DNA of 62,718 nucleotides, counting the filler, from Choristocarpus tenellus KU-1152 (lineage: Eukaryota > Protista > Phaeophyceae): assembly GCA_964200185.2 (NCBI GenBank). It is 9 parts of 9 records of this genome, joined end to end, with 100 filler letters (N's around TTAATTAATTAA, not from the genome) between each part and the next. Parts side by side here need not be neighbours in the genome. Positions count along the whole stretch, not along the records: positions 21,453 to 25,363 come from CAXNAD020017198.1; positions 25,464 to 31,810 come from CAXNAD020008339.1; positions 31,911 to 35,735 come from CAXNAD020017717.1; positions 35,836 to 50,057 come from CAXNAD020001253.1; 5 more parts are not named here. One strand, 5' to 3'. Shown here one piece after another: positions 24,456 to 37,149 of this stretch; positions within the stretch are counted from its first letter, which is position 1, and each line of letters starts with the position of its first letter. The position numbers were made by a program, and so were the translations under genes. Below the pieces are notes generated by a model, which worked only from the letters and a program-made list of their open reading frames with translations, was not told where the DNA came from and did not search any database.

Positions 24456-25119
24456 ATTTCCTGCTATAGCCTCCCGCCCCTCTCCCCCCTACCGCGCACG
24501 TAGCCAACTCATTCAGAAAACTTTCTGCTTGCTTACCGAGCTGCCCAATACTTTCCACCGCAAAGGTGTTGAAGTTGAAACTACGAGGGTCAAAAGACCC
24601 CTCGTAGTGGGTGCTTCATTTTTACTCAGACATGACGTTTCATCCATGTGTAGTGATATTTTTGGCGAGAACAGAACCACATATTATAGTGTTAACCGGT
24701 AAAAGAACTTTCTGGTATCTGTCTGCATCGAAGGTCTCAAACCAAAGATACTGAAGAACTTCATTCTTACCTTGTGCAGCAATTTGCAAGACCCGATCTA
24801 GTCCACTCTCTTTCGCCCTTGCCTCCAATTGAAGAAAAAATGGCGCCTCTTCAACAAAAGGGAGGTGGACGAAACCTTGTCCCTCCACCACCATCACCAT
24901 CATCATCCCCTTTAACCGGACAATTCACCCCCTTTCACATCAGCCTGACTTGCAGTTATTGTAACACAAACTACCTCCACTAGCTCATCCCTGCGCCAAG
25001 GCCTCAACTACACACCCATGCTCTTCTAGTTGCAGTCATTCCTGGGCCCTAGAGATACTGCTATTGATTGGTTGGGAGCTTGCCAGTCTCATCTCAAGGA
25101 TTTCCAATGCCCCCCCCAA

Positions 25120-25363
25120 GAGTGAAAGTATCTTAGAGGGTACAAGTTTTGTCGTTTGGGGCTTGGCTTTCCACGGGTTTTTTTTTATGATATTTTCTTA
25201 CTCTGAAATATTTGGGAGTAGGTAAAATGAATACGTTATGAAAAGGTGGGTCCGGAACAAGGATACTGACACTTCCTAACAAAGACGATAGCCAAAATTA
25301 CGTCAAAATTGCAACGTCGGAATTTTGACCCCGAACAGACGCGACTCTACCCTCTAAGTTACT
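25120..25363 (+). mobile_element. MITE family B copy (right end at a contig break)
   Basis: gagtgaaagtatcttagagggtac ... ctaccctctaagttact. Confidence 0.85.
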
Positions 25364-25500
25364 NNNNNNNNNNNNNNNNNNNNNNNNNNNNNNNNNNNNN
25401 NNNNNNNTTAATTAATTAANNNNNNNNNNNNNNNNNNNNNNNNNNNNNNNNNNNNNNNNNNNNATAAAAAGGAGGGGGGGGTGGTCTTTTTTGTGTTGTT

Positions 25501-25531
<31 letters not shown>

Positions 25532-26075
25532 AAAAGTGTCGCGGCAATCCCTGTGGGTAGGGGGCGGGGGGTTGAGGTATTAATAGAACATTATCAATCC
25601 GATCGTGCGTTAGCATGTGCGCACTCCCCGTCTGTGTGTGCGGTCTAATGTTCAAGTCAATCGAGCGTTTTGTCGCACGTACTTGATGCGCACACACACG
25701 TGCGTCTGGAGGCTCGTTTAATTTTTCTTGCAAGACTAGAGCACAGTAGCAGTCGGTCCAAAATGTTCTCTAACGTCTGAGCATTTGTGGTGAGGGGATT
25801 ATATCCAGTGCGTTGAAGAAGATTGTCTTCCGCAAAGTTCGTAGTAGTTAGAATAGATAAACCGCCTTCCGAATACCACGATAAATTCTTTCTGTGTATG
25901 GTGTTATCCTCGGGTGTTATCCTTGGGTCCCTGTTTAGATGAGACCATAGTAGTGGTATAATGGTAATGTTGATAATAGTAGTAGTAGTAGTAGTAGTAG
26001 TAGAAGGTTGTGTCACCATCCTAACCTAAGCGATCCCCTCTGTGTGCCTCCCTGTTTGCCCTGACCCTAAAACAG

Positions 26076-29000
26076 CAGCGTAGAGCCAGGCCTTCTTTTG
26101 CTGACCATAACTGCACCCTCAAGGCGGAGGAGGGAGGGGGTTTGTTGACCCTGCAAAACAATAGACGAGGACAGGGAAATGATGGTGATGGTGCACGGGT
26201 GGTGGGGATGGGACCGGATCAGTTGGGGGGGGGGGGAGGCAGGGAGGGGCCTTGCACCCCTACTATTAGAGCCAGGGGGTTTCGGCAACTAGACAATGTT
26301 GATAGAGAGCCGGAGATTGATGTACAGTCAGCAACACCATGTCCAGCGATGGGGTCGAGGTTAGGGGATGCTACAAACCAGGGTGAACTAGGAAAGTGGG
26401 AGGGGATTGGACCCACTGGTTCAGGTGGCAGTACGAGCCTGCATGGTAGGTCGGTTTTGGGACCTGATGTGAGAGCTAATGAGGACCGGGGAAGGATTGG
26501 GACTGGTTCCAGCGGTGGTACCAGCGTGGTTGTGAGTTCCGGTTTGGGAACTGGTGTGAAAGGCGATGGTGAGGAGGAGGGAAGGAGTACCCCAGGGTCT
26601 GTATTGCAAGAAGAGGGTCGTGGAGATGAAAGATGTGGACGCGGGGAAAGGGGGCTGGGGGGGGGGACTCCAGTGTCGGCGCTGTTGGTTGCGGATGGAG
26701 AGGACTGTGCCAGGGGCGCGTGGGAAAGATTATCGGGTGTGGGAGTTGCTGTTGCAGAGGTGTGTGAATTGTTTGTTGGTGCGTACAAGGACACCCCTTC
26801 CGTGCCTGCTATGTACTCCAAAGTAAGATGCTTCGGTGTATGGTGCTCCTCCTTCACTTCGCTATGTCCTATCGGCGGTACTGACATGCCATGGCACATC
26901 TCACCCCTAACCCTAACCCTAACCTCAATCCTAATCCTAATCCTAATCTCCCAAATTGCGACCTTTCCCCTGATCGTGTGCACTCCCCACTCCCCTGAAG
27001 AGCCATTTTTCATTTTTTTTTTTTTAAATCTTCGAGAGCGAGTTTTTTGTCGTCGTAGTTGGACGGCTCTGCTTCACAGAGATCCTAACCCTAACCCTAA
27101 GCTGCACCTTCGTCGCCTCAGTCACCGCTAGGCCAAACCAGTGTTCCTCCCAGTGCCATCGACCTATCTGGAAGCTCATCTCCTACCTCCTGCCCTATGA
27201 GTCAACCCTGTGGATGGGGGGCGGAGGGGACCAGGAGTCCGGCGAACCTGCTGCTGAGCCAAGGAAGGAGCTCAGACCAGAGCGTTCTATCTTCAAGGAT
27301 GGCGGAAGAGGAGGGGCTAGATGGGGAAGGGGAAGGGGAAGGGGAAGGGAAAGGGGAGTGGTCTTGTATGGTTTGCACTTTCTTAAACCCTGTCAGGCGT
27401 AGTTGTCGTGGTGGTGGTCGGGGGGTGCTGTCTGCTGTGTGCAGTTTGTGTGGCACACCAAGGGGGAAAAAGGTGAAAAAAATGTTTGCATGTGTACGTG
27501 TGCACTCTTATGCCCGCGTTAAGTACATGCATATATATATATATATATATATATTTATTTTTTCTATTTATCAAGGTTAGGGTTTGACTTGCTGTTTTTA
27601 TTTTTTTACTTCGTGATGGTGGTACCGGTGTGCGCGTATGTATCTGTGTCAGTAGCACCATCCTTTTTTACCGTCTTAATCTTTTTTTTTTCTAGGCGTG
27701 TGGAGTACCTCTGTTCCAGACCAATATGTTTTAGAGCCGGTGATGCTTTTCTCACAACGAGTGATACAAAAAGGGGAGGCATAATAAGGGCTCTCGGTGT
27801 GCTTGCTGTCTATGTCCACATTCAGAACTTTGTCCGCAGCTCCTTGTTTTTTTTATGTTTTATCAACTCGTGAATAGGGAAGAGCTGTGCCTGATAGATA
27901 GTGTTTGCTGCAAGGCTCTCCTCTACTCCATTGGCTGTCACCCCAGTACATTTCATTTTTTTTATTTTTGATTGTTCTGTTACCATCCTGTTGGGGGTGA
28001 TCTCTGGGGGGTTCGAAGTGGTTGTTCGCTGTAGGCGTTACTGAGTGTGGCTAGGATTCTACTCAATAACTACCCACGTAGTCTCGAACTATTGAAGTTC
28101 GGCGTGTTGAGCCCCCCACACAGTGGGGCGTTTGCGTTACCTGCTTTATTTATTATTCAGATTTTGGTATGTACACCTGGAGTAATTGGCATGACTTGTA
28201 TCGGTTTATGCTCTCACCCAAACCCGGAATGATCTCGTACTCCCATCTTTGCTTGAATGGTAAGAGCGTACTTTTTGGTAAGCGCTTTGGGTGGGGTACA
28301 CACTATTGTTAGTGATTTGACTCGACGGAAATTCGAATATCAAAACCCTTATTTTGTTTGGGGGGTAGGGGTTCTTTTTTTTTTCCGGAGTGTGATCGAT
28401 GATTGTGATGTCGGGTTCGGGGGGCGAGCGTTGCTTGTAACGGAATCGCCAAATGACATCTTTTTTTATTTTCTTTTTTTTTGCGGATTGCTTGGATCAA
28501 GTTGTGGTGGAAGATTAGATTTTGTGCGAGGTTTTTTTTTTTCGAAATCAGTAGTCTTATTTCATTTTTTTTTTTGTGCCGATTTTGTCCCCAAAAAAAT
28601 AACGAGCGTGATGCGATACAATCTTTAGTGCTCTCTGCGTACATGCCCTGATCAGCATCATGTGTGAGAGATTGAAGAAATGAATCCGGAGTGATGGCAC
28701 GGTGTTAACGGTTGTTATCACAACCTGCACAAGCTGACAAGAACTCTAGTCCTCTTGCCGTGAAACCCTTCTAATACATCTCTCACTTTACTCCCTCGCC
28801 GTTTGCCCTCTCTCTGGGCTCTGCCATACTCTTCTGTTTTTTTGTACCTACAGACACCTCCGTCTCAAGGAACTCTCGCTAGAGCATCGCTGAACGGCAC
28901 CAACGCCACAGGGCCTGTCACCCGACGGTCTGGCGGCAGCGGAGGGGGAGGCAGGCTTAGGCTGCAAAAGGGGGGTGGAGGTAAACCCCAGAAGACCATT

Positions 29001-29255
29001 GTCAGTTTCGCCACAAGGAGGATGACCCAGACACCTCCACCTCTTCCGCCACATCACCTATCCACCTACTCCCCTGGAGTGGCTGCACAAGCGCCCCCAT
29101 CAGCCCTTAGTTCGTACCCTGCTTGTACACATCAAATGTCAACATGTGTTTCTGAAGCTGCCACTGTGACTGTAAGCGTAGCGTCGTCCACAGCTGACGC
29201 TGAATCGGTAGTGTCTGTTGTGTTAGACCCCTCTCCACTTCTCCCTTCTGGATGA
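26076..29255 (+). CDS. 3' part of a low-complexity protein with a RanBP2-type (NZF) zinc finger and a PIP-box-like motif; exons ~26076-26778, 27132-27472, 28854-29255
   Basis: WSCMVCTFLN..CSLCGTPR at 27359-27463; QKTIVSFA at 28989-29012; splice sites are phase-compatible (gttg|gtgcgt, aag|gtgaaa, tacag|aca). Confidence 0.6.
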
Positions 29256-29351
29256 GAGGAGGTTTGGGCATTTTTGTTTGTGGAAGTAAGGGAGAGAGTT
29301 GTGTTGCTGAACTAAGGTTCTGGATTTAATTCATCGTCCATGATGTGTGTG

Positions 29352-29388
<37 letters not shown>

Positions 29389-30142
29389 GCTGATTTTTGG
29401 AACATGGGCTGGTTGGAGGGACGGCTTTCATGCAGCAGAGTTTTTTTTTCGTTTGGCCGTGTTGCCTGTCTGGTTGAAGTGTATCACTTACATGTGAGTT
29501 TTGATAACATTTTTTTCTGGTTTTCGTGGTGACTATCAATGCAGGGTGAGGTAATGGAGTTGAATGGTATTTGATTTAGAACTGACTCTGTCCTACCACA
29601 TAGAGTGATATCTTGTGGTTGTTTTCCATTGCCCTTCTTGTCCTTGCTGTTGTTGCTTGCCTGAAGGAAAACTGGATAGTGATCGGCAATGAGAGGGATG
29701 TGTTTAACTTTGTGAGATCTCTTATGAGTTGCGTAGCATAGTGACTTGTGCTTACATGGCGCAGTGGTGCTGTTTTGTGGTTGTGTATGCATGTTTCTGT
29801 GGCTGTATCAGACAGCTAGAGTCGTTGCTCTCTAGCAACTAAGAGGAAGCGGTGATGAGAGACCCCTTTATACCAATGGAACTGTCCGTTGAAACAAATT
29901 GTTAATAATAAAGTTGAGATGTAAATGATGTCATCCAAGATTGATTAGATTGCCAACAGTATGCCGTAGTACTTGTATTGTGTACTTTTGGGGTACGTTG
30001 GACTTGTATGATGTGAAAGTGTATACCATACATAGGTGCTACGAGTGTACTGTTTGAGTTGTCAGTCACTAAAAAAGTAGAGGGGTTACATTATTACTCA
30101 ATGCGATGTGACATACATAATACAGCATCTTACTTAAACTCT

Positions 30143-30311
30143 GGACCAAAGTATCTGGTCTACACCAGGGTGTCCATTCGGACCAAAATCAGGAAAAGTG
30201 CATGTACATTATCCATCCGACGCATGCAACCAAATCACCCAAAAATTGCGACATGAAAAAATTGACCCCAAATGGACAGCCACCGCACACACCCTTCAGA
30301 TACTTTGAGTC
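30143..30311 (+). mobile_element. MITE family A copy
   Basis: ggaccaaagtatctgg ... cagatactttgagtc; TCT on both flanks. Confidence 0.85.
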
Positions 30312-31910
30312 TCTACTAATGATGTAGGGAATTGGGGGGAGGTTGAGAATATCTTATCCATCATAGGAGATTGATCACATGGATTAGAGAGGAAGCGAAG
30401 AGCGCAACAAGACCAGGATTGCGGACCAAGTTTTGAAACGCTTTCCCCAAAAAGATGGGCATGCATCCAGTCTCGAATGATTAACTGCTATATACTGTTG
30501 AAGTACCCCCATCATGCCGAGGAAGTGTTACGAAGTTCGGAATCAGTGGTGTTTGACCCCAAAACATGCAAGAGACAATTTCTGCGGTTTCCTGTATGTT
30601 TCGTTGCTCTTCTTGTCTTCCCTTGTACTCCAGTATGTAGTAGAGAACTTCGATAAGAAGTACGTGTATTGTATAATTCTCCGTTAATTAAATAGACAAC
30701 TCTGGAGCAACCCAGAGCCACTTGCCGCATGTGCGTATGCGTTAATGAGAGGTGAATTGAGCATGTTGCCTGAACGGTGTACACATACATCTTGGGAGAG
30801 TCAATGGCAATGAGTGGTGTGAGAGTCGATCGCTATGTATACAGTGGCACAAGGATGTTTGGCAAGTCGTTAGTTCCTTGCCTCAAACCTTGGCGCACCG
30901 TAACTATTCAACTAGCAAGAGTTAGGTCTTCGGAAAGAAGACCTGAAAAAATATCCTTGACACTTGGCTACTTGCCTTGAAAATTGGATTCAAGGTAAGG
31001 ATAACAGAGAAGATAATCGTTGCAATATTGTTTGTTGGAAATATATTATTATTCTGTCACTTGATGCTTTGATACTTCTATGTATGAAAAAACTACAGTA
31101 GCAAAACTGGTATAATACTGTAACTTCTCTTTGGCAGTTACAAAAGAGCAGGAATAGGGTAGAAATTAAGAATATAGTAATGTAGCCCGTCTTTCATAGT
31201 TTCTAATTAGGTACAACAATCATCGAAATAAAAATACAACATAATGTAGCCCCTCATTGGCAGTTACAAAACATAAAAGCACGCAAGTTTCGAAAATTTC
31301 TTGTAGATTCTCTTCGCCAGTTACAAGGAGGTACAACAAATGAAATGTAAAAATAATAGTGTACGTTCTCCTTACTTTACGCGACTCCTATTATACGCCA
31401 GTTTTTTTTTGCTGTTTGGTTTTTGTGGAAAGAATGTTTGTCTGTTGTTATACCGTTATATTGTCGTATGTCATATACCGTTGTACCGATTAAAGTTCCC
31501 AGTCAAGCATCCATGATTCCACTGGCAGATCTTCCGTCAGACTGAACCATGGAATCTCTTCACGTGACCAATCCCACAGACTTGGGGACAGCTCGTCCTT
31601 CAGAGTTGTCACACATGGAAGATCCATTTTGTTCTCACGTCTCGACCTGTGGTGATGAAGCCTCAACTTTGATGATGCTCCTCGCTCCTCAATTTACACT
31701 GTCCAACCTTAACCTCGTACCCTCGGTTACGGTTCGTCTTTGTTCGTCTGGTCCATCTTGCCCGATGACTCTCTTCACCACCCTTACCTGAGTGAACCAC
31801 GCCGCCACAGNNNNNNNNNNNNNNNNNNNNNNNNNNNNNNNNNNNNNNNNNNNNTTAATTAATTAANNNNNNNNNNNNNNNNNNNNNNNNNNNNNNNNNN
31901 NNNNNNNNNN

Positions 31911-32110
31911 CATCCCAAAGGCAAGGCCAGGCCTCTGTCGCAGCAAGACACACTCCATTATAGCCTTGCGTTCTGTAATTACCTGAGGGAGGGATTAGCA
32001 CTTGAAGACTAGGCATAGCGAAGCATATGGTCACCATATCCTTCCGAAATCACATATTTGCATCGAAATCAGAGAAACGTTTTGTTCACCAGTTCCACCG
32101 TAGTTCGGAA
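31911..32110 (-). pseudogene. Decayed PIF/Harbinger-like transposase N-terminal fragment
   Basis: FSDFDANM*FRKDMVTICFAM..VCLAATEAWPCLWD loosely resembles the Harbinger N-terminal pattern fsd..c...fRf.k..l..cllL.RlawP.r..d; contains an internal stop. Confidence 0.4.
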
Positions 32111-32355
32111 CCGGTGACACACTCGTTCTCCAATCAAGAGCAGAACGAAACCCAACGACGAAGTTCGCGTTTTCCGATATCCACGTTCTGATATGTATCA
32201 GAACCAAACGATGTTCCTTCCAGTTCTGTTTCCGATCCCAACCCCAGCACCTGTCCAAACCCTAACCCTGTGCCCGAACCCTGGCACCGTCTCCCACCCT
32301 TACACACTAACCAAATTATGCCCAGTCATTTTTCGCCCTTCCTTCATCTGCTCGC

Positions 32356-33526
32356 CTCATGTGATTTTTGCCATTTTACCGTTCGACTAAGTATAGCAAA
32401 AGTGGGACTGTCCACATACCAACTTATTTGAAGCCACACGCATCGTGTCATTTTTGCCGTACTTTGTCATACGACAAAGTGTGGCGAAAGTTGCGGCGGT
32501 CCATGTACCAACTTTTTTCAGGCTACACGCCTCAAGTCATTTTCGCCATACTTTACAGTACGACAAAGTATGGCAAAAGTTGCGGCTGTCCACATACTGA
32601 CCTCTTTGAAGCCACAGGTCTCGAAACCATCGTTCTCGACTTACCACAAAACTCAATCGCAAACTCATATTCCCCACAGAGAAAGGGGCGCATACGACGG
32701 TATGTGCATGTGGGGATATGTGCTGAGACATCACATGAAACGTTCAGTATCTTTTCCACCACAAAACCCATCCTACCCATTAGTTTACCGTTCAACAGAA
32801 CACGTCGATTGTAGTACATACATGCGCAAATAGTGTTGGGGGCGACACCCACCATGCACTTGTGAACTGTTTCCCCCAAAAAAGTCAGATGAAAACACAC
32901 ACTCTACCATGCGACAAACTACCCCCATTCACTTCGTCCTACGTGCTTCATGGTACGTTTTCGTAACCCTTTTAGATGTAGTTCGCGATTGACCACATAC
33001 ACGCGATGCATACCTTTTCAGGATATTCTAATCGGGGCGGTTTCGGTTCTCCATGTATCAAACACACCCTTCTCCATGCTTTCAAAGTGGGGTGTCGTCC
33101 AACACGGCCCTTCTACGTGGAACACTTCGTGACCATGAAACGTTCAGTATCCCTTACACCACAAAACCCATCCTACACATTAGTTTACCGTTCGTCAGAA
33201 CACGTCAATTGTAAGTACATACATGCGCCAATAGTGTCAGGGGCGACACTGTGCACTTGTGAACTGTTTCACCAAAACAAATCAGATGAAAACACACACT
33301 ATACCGTGCGACAAACTACCCCCATTCACTTCATCCTACGTGCTTCATGGTACGTTTTCGTAATCTTTTAGATGTGCCTCGCTATTTATCACATACGCGA
33401 TGCACACCTTTTCAGGATATTCTAATCGGGGCGGTTTTGGTTTTCCGTATGTCAAACACACCCTTCTTCATGGTTTCAAAGTGAGGTGTCAGCCAAAACG
33501 GCTGTACTCCGTGCAACATGTCGTGA
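32356..33526. repeat. Three ~87-bp degenerate repeats (32356-32620) followed by a ~400-bp tandem duplication (32734-33133 / 33134-33526)
   Basis: catgaaacgttcagtatc recurs at 32734 and 33134, with colinear sequence afterwards. Confidence 0.85.
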
Positions 33527-34838
33527 CCAAACATTGTGTGCAAGCCCCTTCCACTAAACAAAGATGCAGTATTATCTATGTTCGCATCATGAAGATACAT
33601 CGATAATGTCAAAGGGAAACAAACCCACCAAACTCATATCGTAACCTCGTTTGGATCCCACTCAGGAAACGGGGACTCAAGAGACTGCCCATGACCAATG
33701 CCGCTCGTTCGTGGAAGAAATCCAAAACGGACCAGATCATGGACCTCTTCCTCTCCAAGTTTGTCAACCATGATGGTCCAGAAGAGATTGAAGGAAGCGG
33801 CTGCACTTGGAACGACCTTTGCCTCTTGGCTGTTGGATGAGAGAAGCAGATTTGCACCTTTGACGAGCGCTCTGCGAGTTGTGCTGGCTCGGGAACAACG
33901 CGAGTCCACGCCTGATCTCCAGATCAAGATATTCCTAGAATGTGTAAAGAAAGATCTTAGCACCGAGCACACCCGCCAGGTATATAAATCCATCCTCGTT
34001 GGCATCGCTCCTGATGTTGAAAAGGCGATGACAGGGTGACATCGACGTTTCAACCTCTTCTGTGCGTCAAAGCCAGAAAATACGACATCAACATCGACAC
34101 ACTAAGGTCATCTACCAGAAAACGCACGGAATTCGTGCGAGACATGCGGCGACAGGCGAGCCCCCCTCTGCATCGGCTGCCGATGTTAATGGAGGATCAT
34201 CTCCCGTATCCGACACCCATGCCCCTCGCTACTCTCCTCAAGACACCGCCCACAGGTATGGAAGTTCATTCTCATCAACCATCAATGGTATGACAAACAT
34301 AACTTGGCCCCCAGGCGAACACGTCCACCGTATGTCGAAAACAATTTCATCACTGACAGATGCCCGGATGATCCCTCATATCCTGGTGCACAACAGAGAC
34401 ACGCCCCATATCTCCCATCTTTTCCTCTGACAAAACGGCAGACTAAGGGTATTTGACGTCAGAAGGGACAGCTCCTCACGACAGTTCGATGTGCAGCATC
34501 CTAATACGCATGTTCTTGGTATCACTATATGGAAGAGCAACAGCACCACCATGCCCCACGATCCAGTCACATCTCACGATTCCACTGTTCGATTAGACTC
34601 TTCCAACTCTATCAGACAGTTACAGTAAAATATGTATGGAGTAACGGAACAATCAATTAGTGGTTGGGTTATCAGAACCTTTTACTAGTGATTAGTTGTA
34701 TGAGAATTTTTCTCATATAAAAGGAAATATTTCTGATTTTTATGGGGTATTGCATGCCCCACTTAACTTTAATCAATCACTCTACAGACACCAAGACACA
34801 ATATATTGAACCTTAGGTTTCTAACCCATCATTTCATC

Positions 34839-35735
34839 ATGTCTACACGAGGAGATGCGATTCAAGAATTGCGGGAACCTGTTCCTTCCGAGGGCCCATT
34901 TGTCCAAGAATTCAGACAGCCTATGGCGATGGTAGCGGAGTTGTCAAGAAATGTTGACAATCTCATGATTCAGTCTGAAAGAGTCGGCAACGGAAATCAT
35001 CCCATCGTCCAGGCCGCTGTGCCCAGCACACAGCCTCCGGCTGGGGGCATCCCAGTCGAAGTGGGTCCTATGGAACCCATGTTGAGGGAAACCTTCCCAG
35101 AGAGGGGAAACAGTTTGGATGCTGCGAGCATCAGAAGTGGGGCGAGCCGGAGGTCCGGTTCTTCGGAGAGAGTGCAAATATCTTAGACGGTACGAGTTTT
35201 TCCCTGTTTGTCCATTTGGGGCTTGGTTTCTTTCGGGGTTTTTATGACATTTTTCTACTCCAAAATATCTCGGAGTAGGTAAAATGTGTACGTTAAGTTA
35301 TGAAAAGGTGTCTTCGGAACAAGGATATTGACACTTCCTAACAAACACGATAGCCAAATTTACATCAAAATCGCAACATTGGGTTTTAACCCCCAAATGG
35401 ACGCGGCTCTACCCTCTAAGATACTTTGGCTCAGAGCTTGGCGTCAGGCGCACATATATTGTTCGCCCTACGACAAAGAGATCAAGAACCCAACCACCGA
35501 AACTATTGGGCGACTCGGACTATCGGGACTGGCTGAGGCGTTTCATCGTGCATTGCAGATATACTCACTGCTTGGATGCGTTGACAAGTGAAAGACCAGT
35601 CAATCAAGAACGCTCCTACGAGGAACTTCTCTCGGATGGCTTCAATGTGCATGATATCTGGATGGCGGAAGAGGCCTACCATGCACTTACTGTTGCTCTA
35701 GTCGCATCCACCACCAGGGCCCTATGCTATACCCA
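34839..35735 (+). mobile_element. Copia-like gag relic interrupted by a family B MITE
   Basis: MSTRGDAIQEL.. then ..GDSDYRDWLRRFIVHCRYTHCLDALT..AEEAYHALTVAL resembles a Ty1/copia gag N-terminus (y..W...F......dAL). Confidence 0.5.
35170..35432 (+). mobile_element. MITE family B copy
   Basis: gagtgcaaatatcttagacggtac / taccctctaagatactttggctc; AGA 3-bp TSD on both sides. Confidence 0.88.
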
Positions 35736-36266
35736 NNNNNNNNNNNNNNNNNNNNNNNNNNNNNNNNNNNNNNNNNNNNTTAATTAATTAANNNNNNNNN
35801 NNNNNNNNNNNNNNNNNNNNNNNNNNNNNNNNNNNCTATTCGCGTGTAACAAACGTTTGCACTTCGTTGAAATATAAGAAGAAATACTCGCTCTATTCGC
35901 CTGTAACATTTACTTACAAATAGAGTCAAATTTTCACAGGTCCCGAGCGTGGGACAATAATCGTTCCTACTGTTTTTTTGTGATAGTTCATCATTCACAT
36001 AAAAGGGTGGTCATTTATATTCTGGGAATTTCTATATGTAGATGTTGTTTTGGGGAATTTTCTAGTTTTCTTTTTTTTGTTCGGAAAATTTAACATTTTT
36101 AGAAACAATTATTGATGACAAAAATATAGAAAAAAATACTCAACATGATCTTTCTTCTCATCACTTGATTTTGTGTGTGACCAGAGCTTTCTGTATCTGA
36201 GGCACTTCCTCTAACCCCCACTCACCAACCATATGATAACAACTGTTGTAAAAAACCTGCACAACA

Positions 36267-36530
36267 GAGTAAAACTATTCAAGAGGGTAGGGCCGCGTCT
36301 GCTCGGAGTCACAAATTCAATGTTGCGATTTTGATGATTTTTGAGTGTCGTGTTTGTTAGCAAGTAGTGTCAATATCCTTGCTCCGGACACACCTTACAG
36401 AGTCCTCTACATTTTACCTACTCCGATGTCCGAAATGTTCACACAGAAAACTGAAAAAGAGTATTAAAAAAACGTTGGAAGGTCAAGTCTCGAACGGACA
36501 AACAGGGCATAAAACTCCTACCCTTTTCAA
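36267..36530 (-). mobile_element. MITE family B copy (degenerate)
   Basis: Reverse complement of the family B body (gtgtcaatatccttgctccggacac..cggacaaacagggc). Confidence 0.7.
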
Positions 36531-36730
36531 TGCCTCGAGTCAACAAAGGATCCTCAAAAATTCTCAGGAAGAGTTGCCCCACCACAGCATTTCTATTTGC
36601 TAAAAGGGATGGCACACTATGTTTCTTTGCTCGTTTTCAGATTAGAACATTTAACCAATTACTGCTACATGGGTTCCAATTTGCGAATGGACTTGGCTCC
36701 TTCTTTTAAAGTATATACAACTGAAGTTCT

Positions 36731-36903
36731 GGCTCAAAGTACCTGGGGGGGTGGCGGCTGTCCATTTGGGGTCAATTTTTTCATGTCGTGATTTTTGGAT
36801 GATTTGATTGCTTACGTCGGATGGATAGTGTAATGCACTCTTCCTGATTTTGCCCCGAATGGACAACCTGGTGTAGACCCCCCCCCCCCAGATACTTTGG
36901 GTC
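36731..36903 (-). mobile_element. MITE family A copy
   Basis: ggctcaaagtacctgggggg / ccccagatactttgggtc; TCT on both flanks. Confidence 0.88.
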
Positions 36904-37149
36904 TCTACGTATTGAGGGTCCTTTATTGCTAGGAATGCAGACTCTGCTGATGTTCTTTTCGCCTCCATAGCCAACTAAAATGCAAAAAGGCAGTGGACCC
37001 ATAATAGAAAATATATCCCCATAGCGAAACTTGGATAAATATTAAGCGACTGAGCACTACAGCTCTTTTCGTTTTAAACGCGATAGACACTGAGAATAAG
37101 AACACCTCCAAACGAAATATGAATATGTGGTAGTTGGGCATCATAGTAA

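Noticed and set aside
26219-27013. 264-aa Pro/Ser-rich minus-strand ORF
   Set aside because: It is the antisense shadow of the Gly-rich plus-strand exon, which has compatible splice sites.
33698-34293. Retrotransposon gag-like ORF fragments
   Set aside because: Possibly TE-derived, but I found no diagnostic motif, LTR or pol to support a call.
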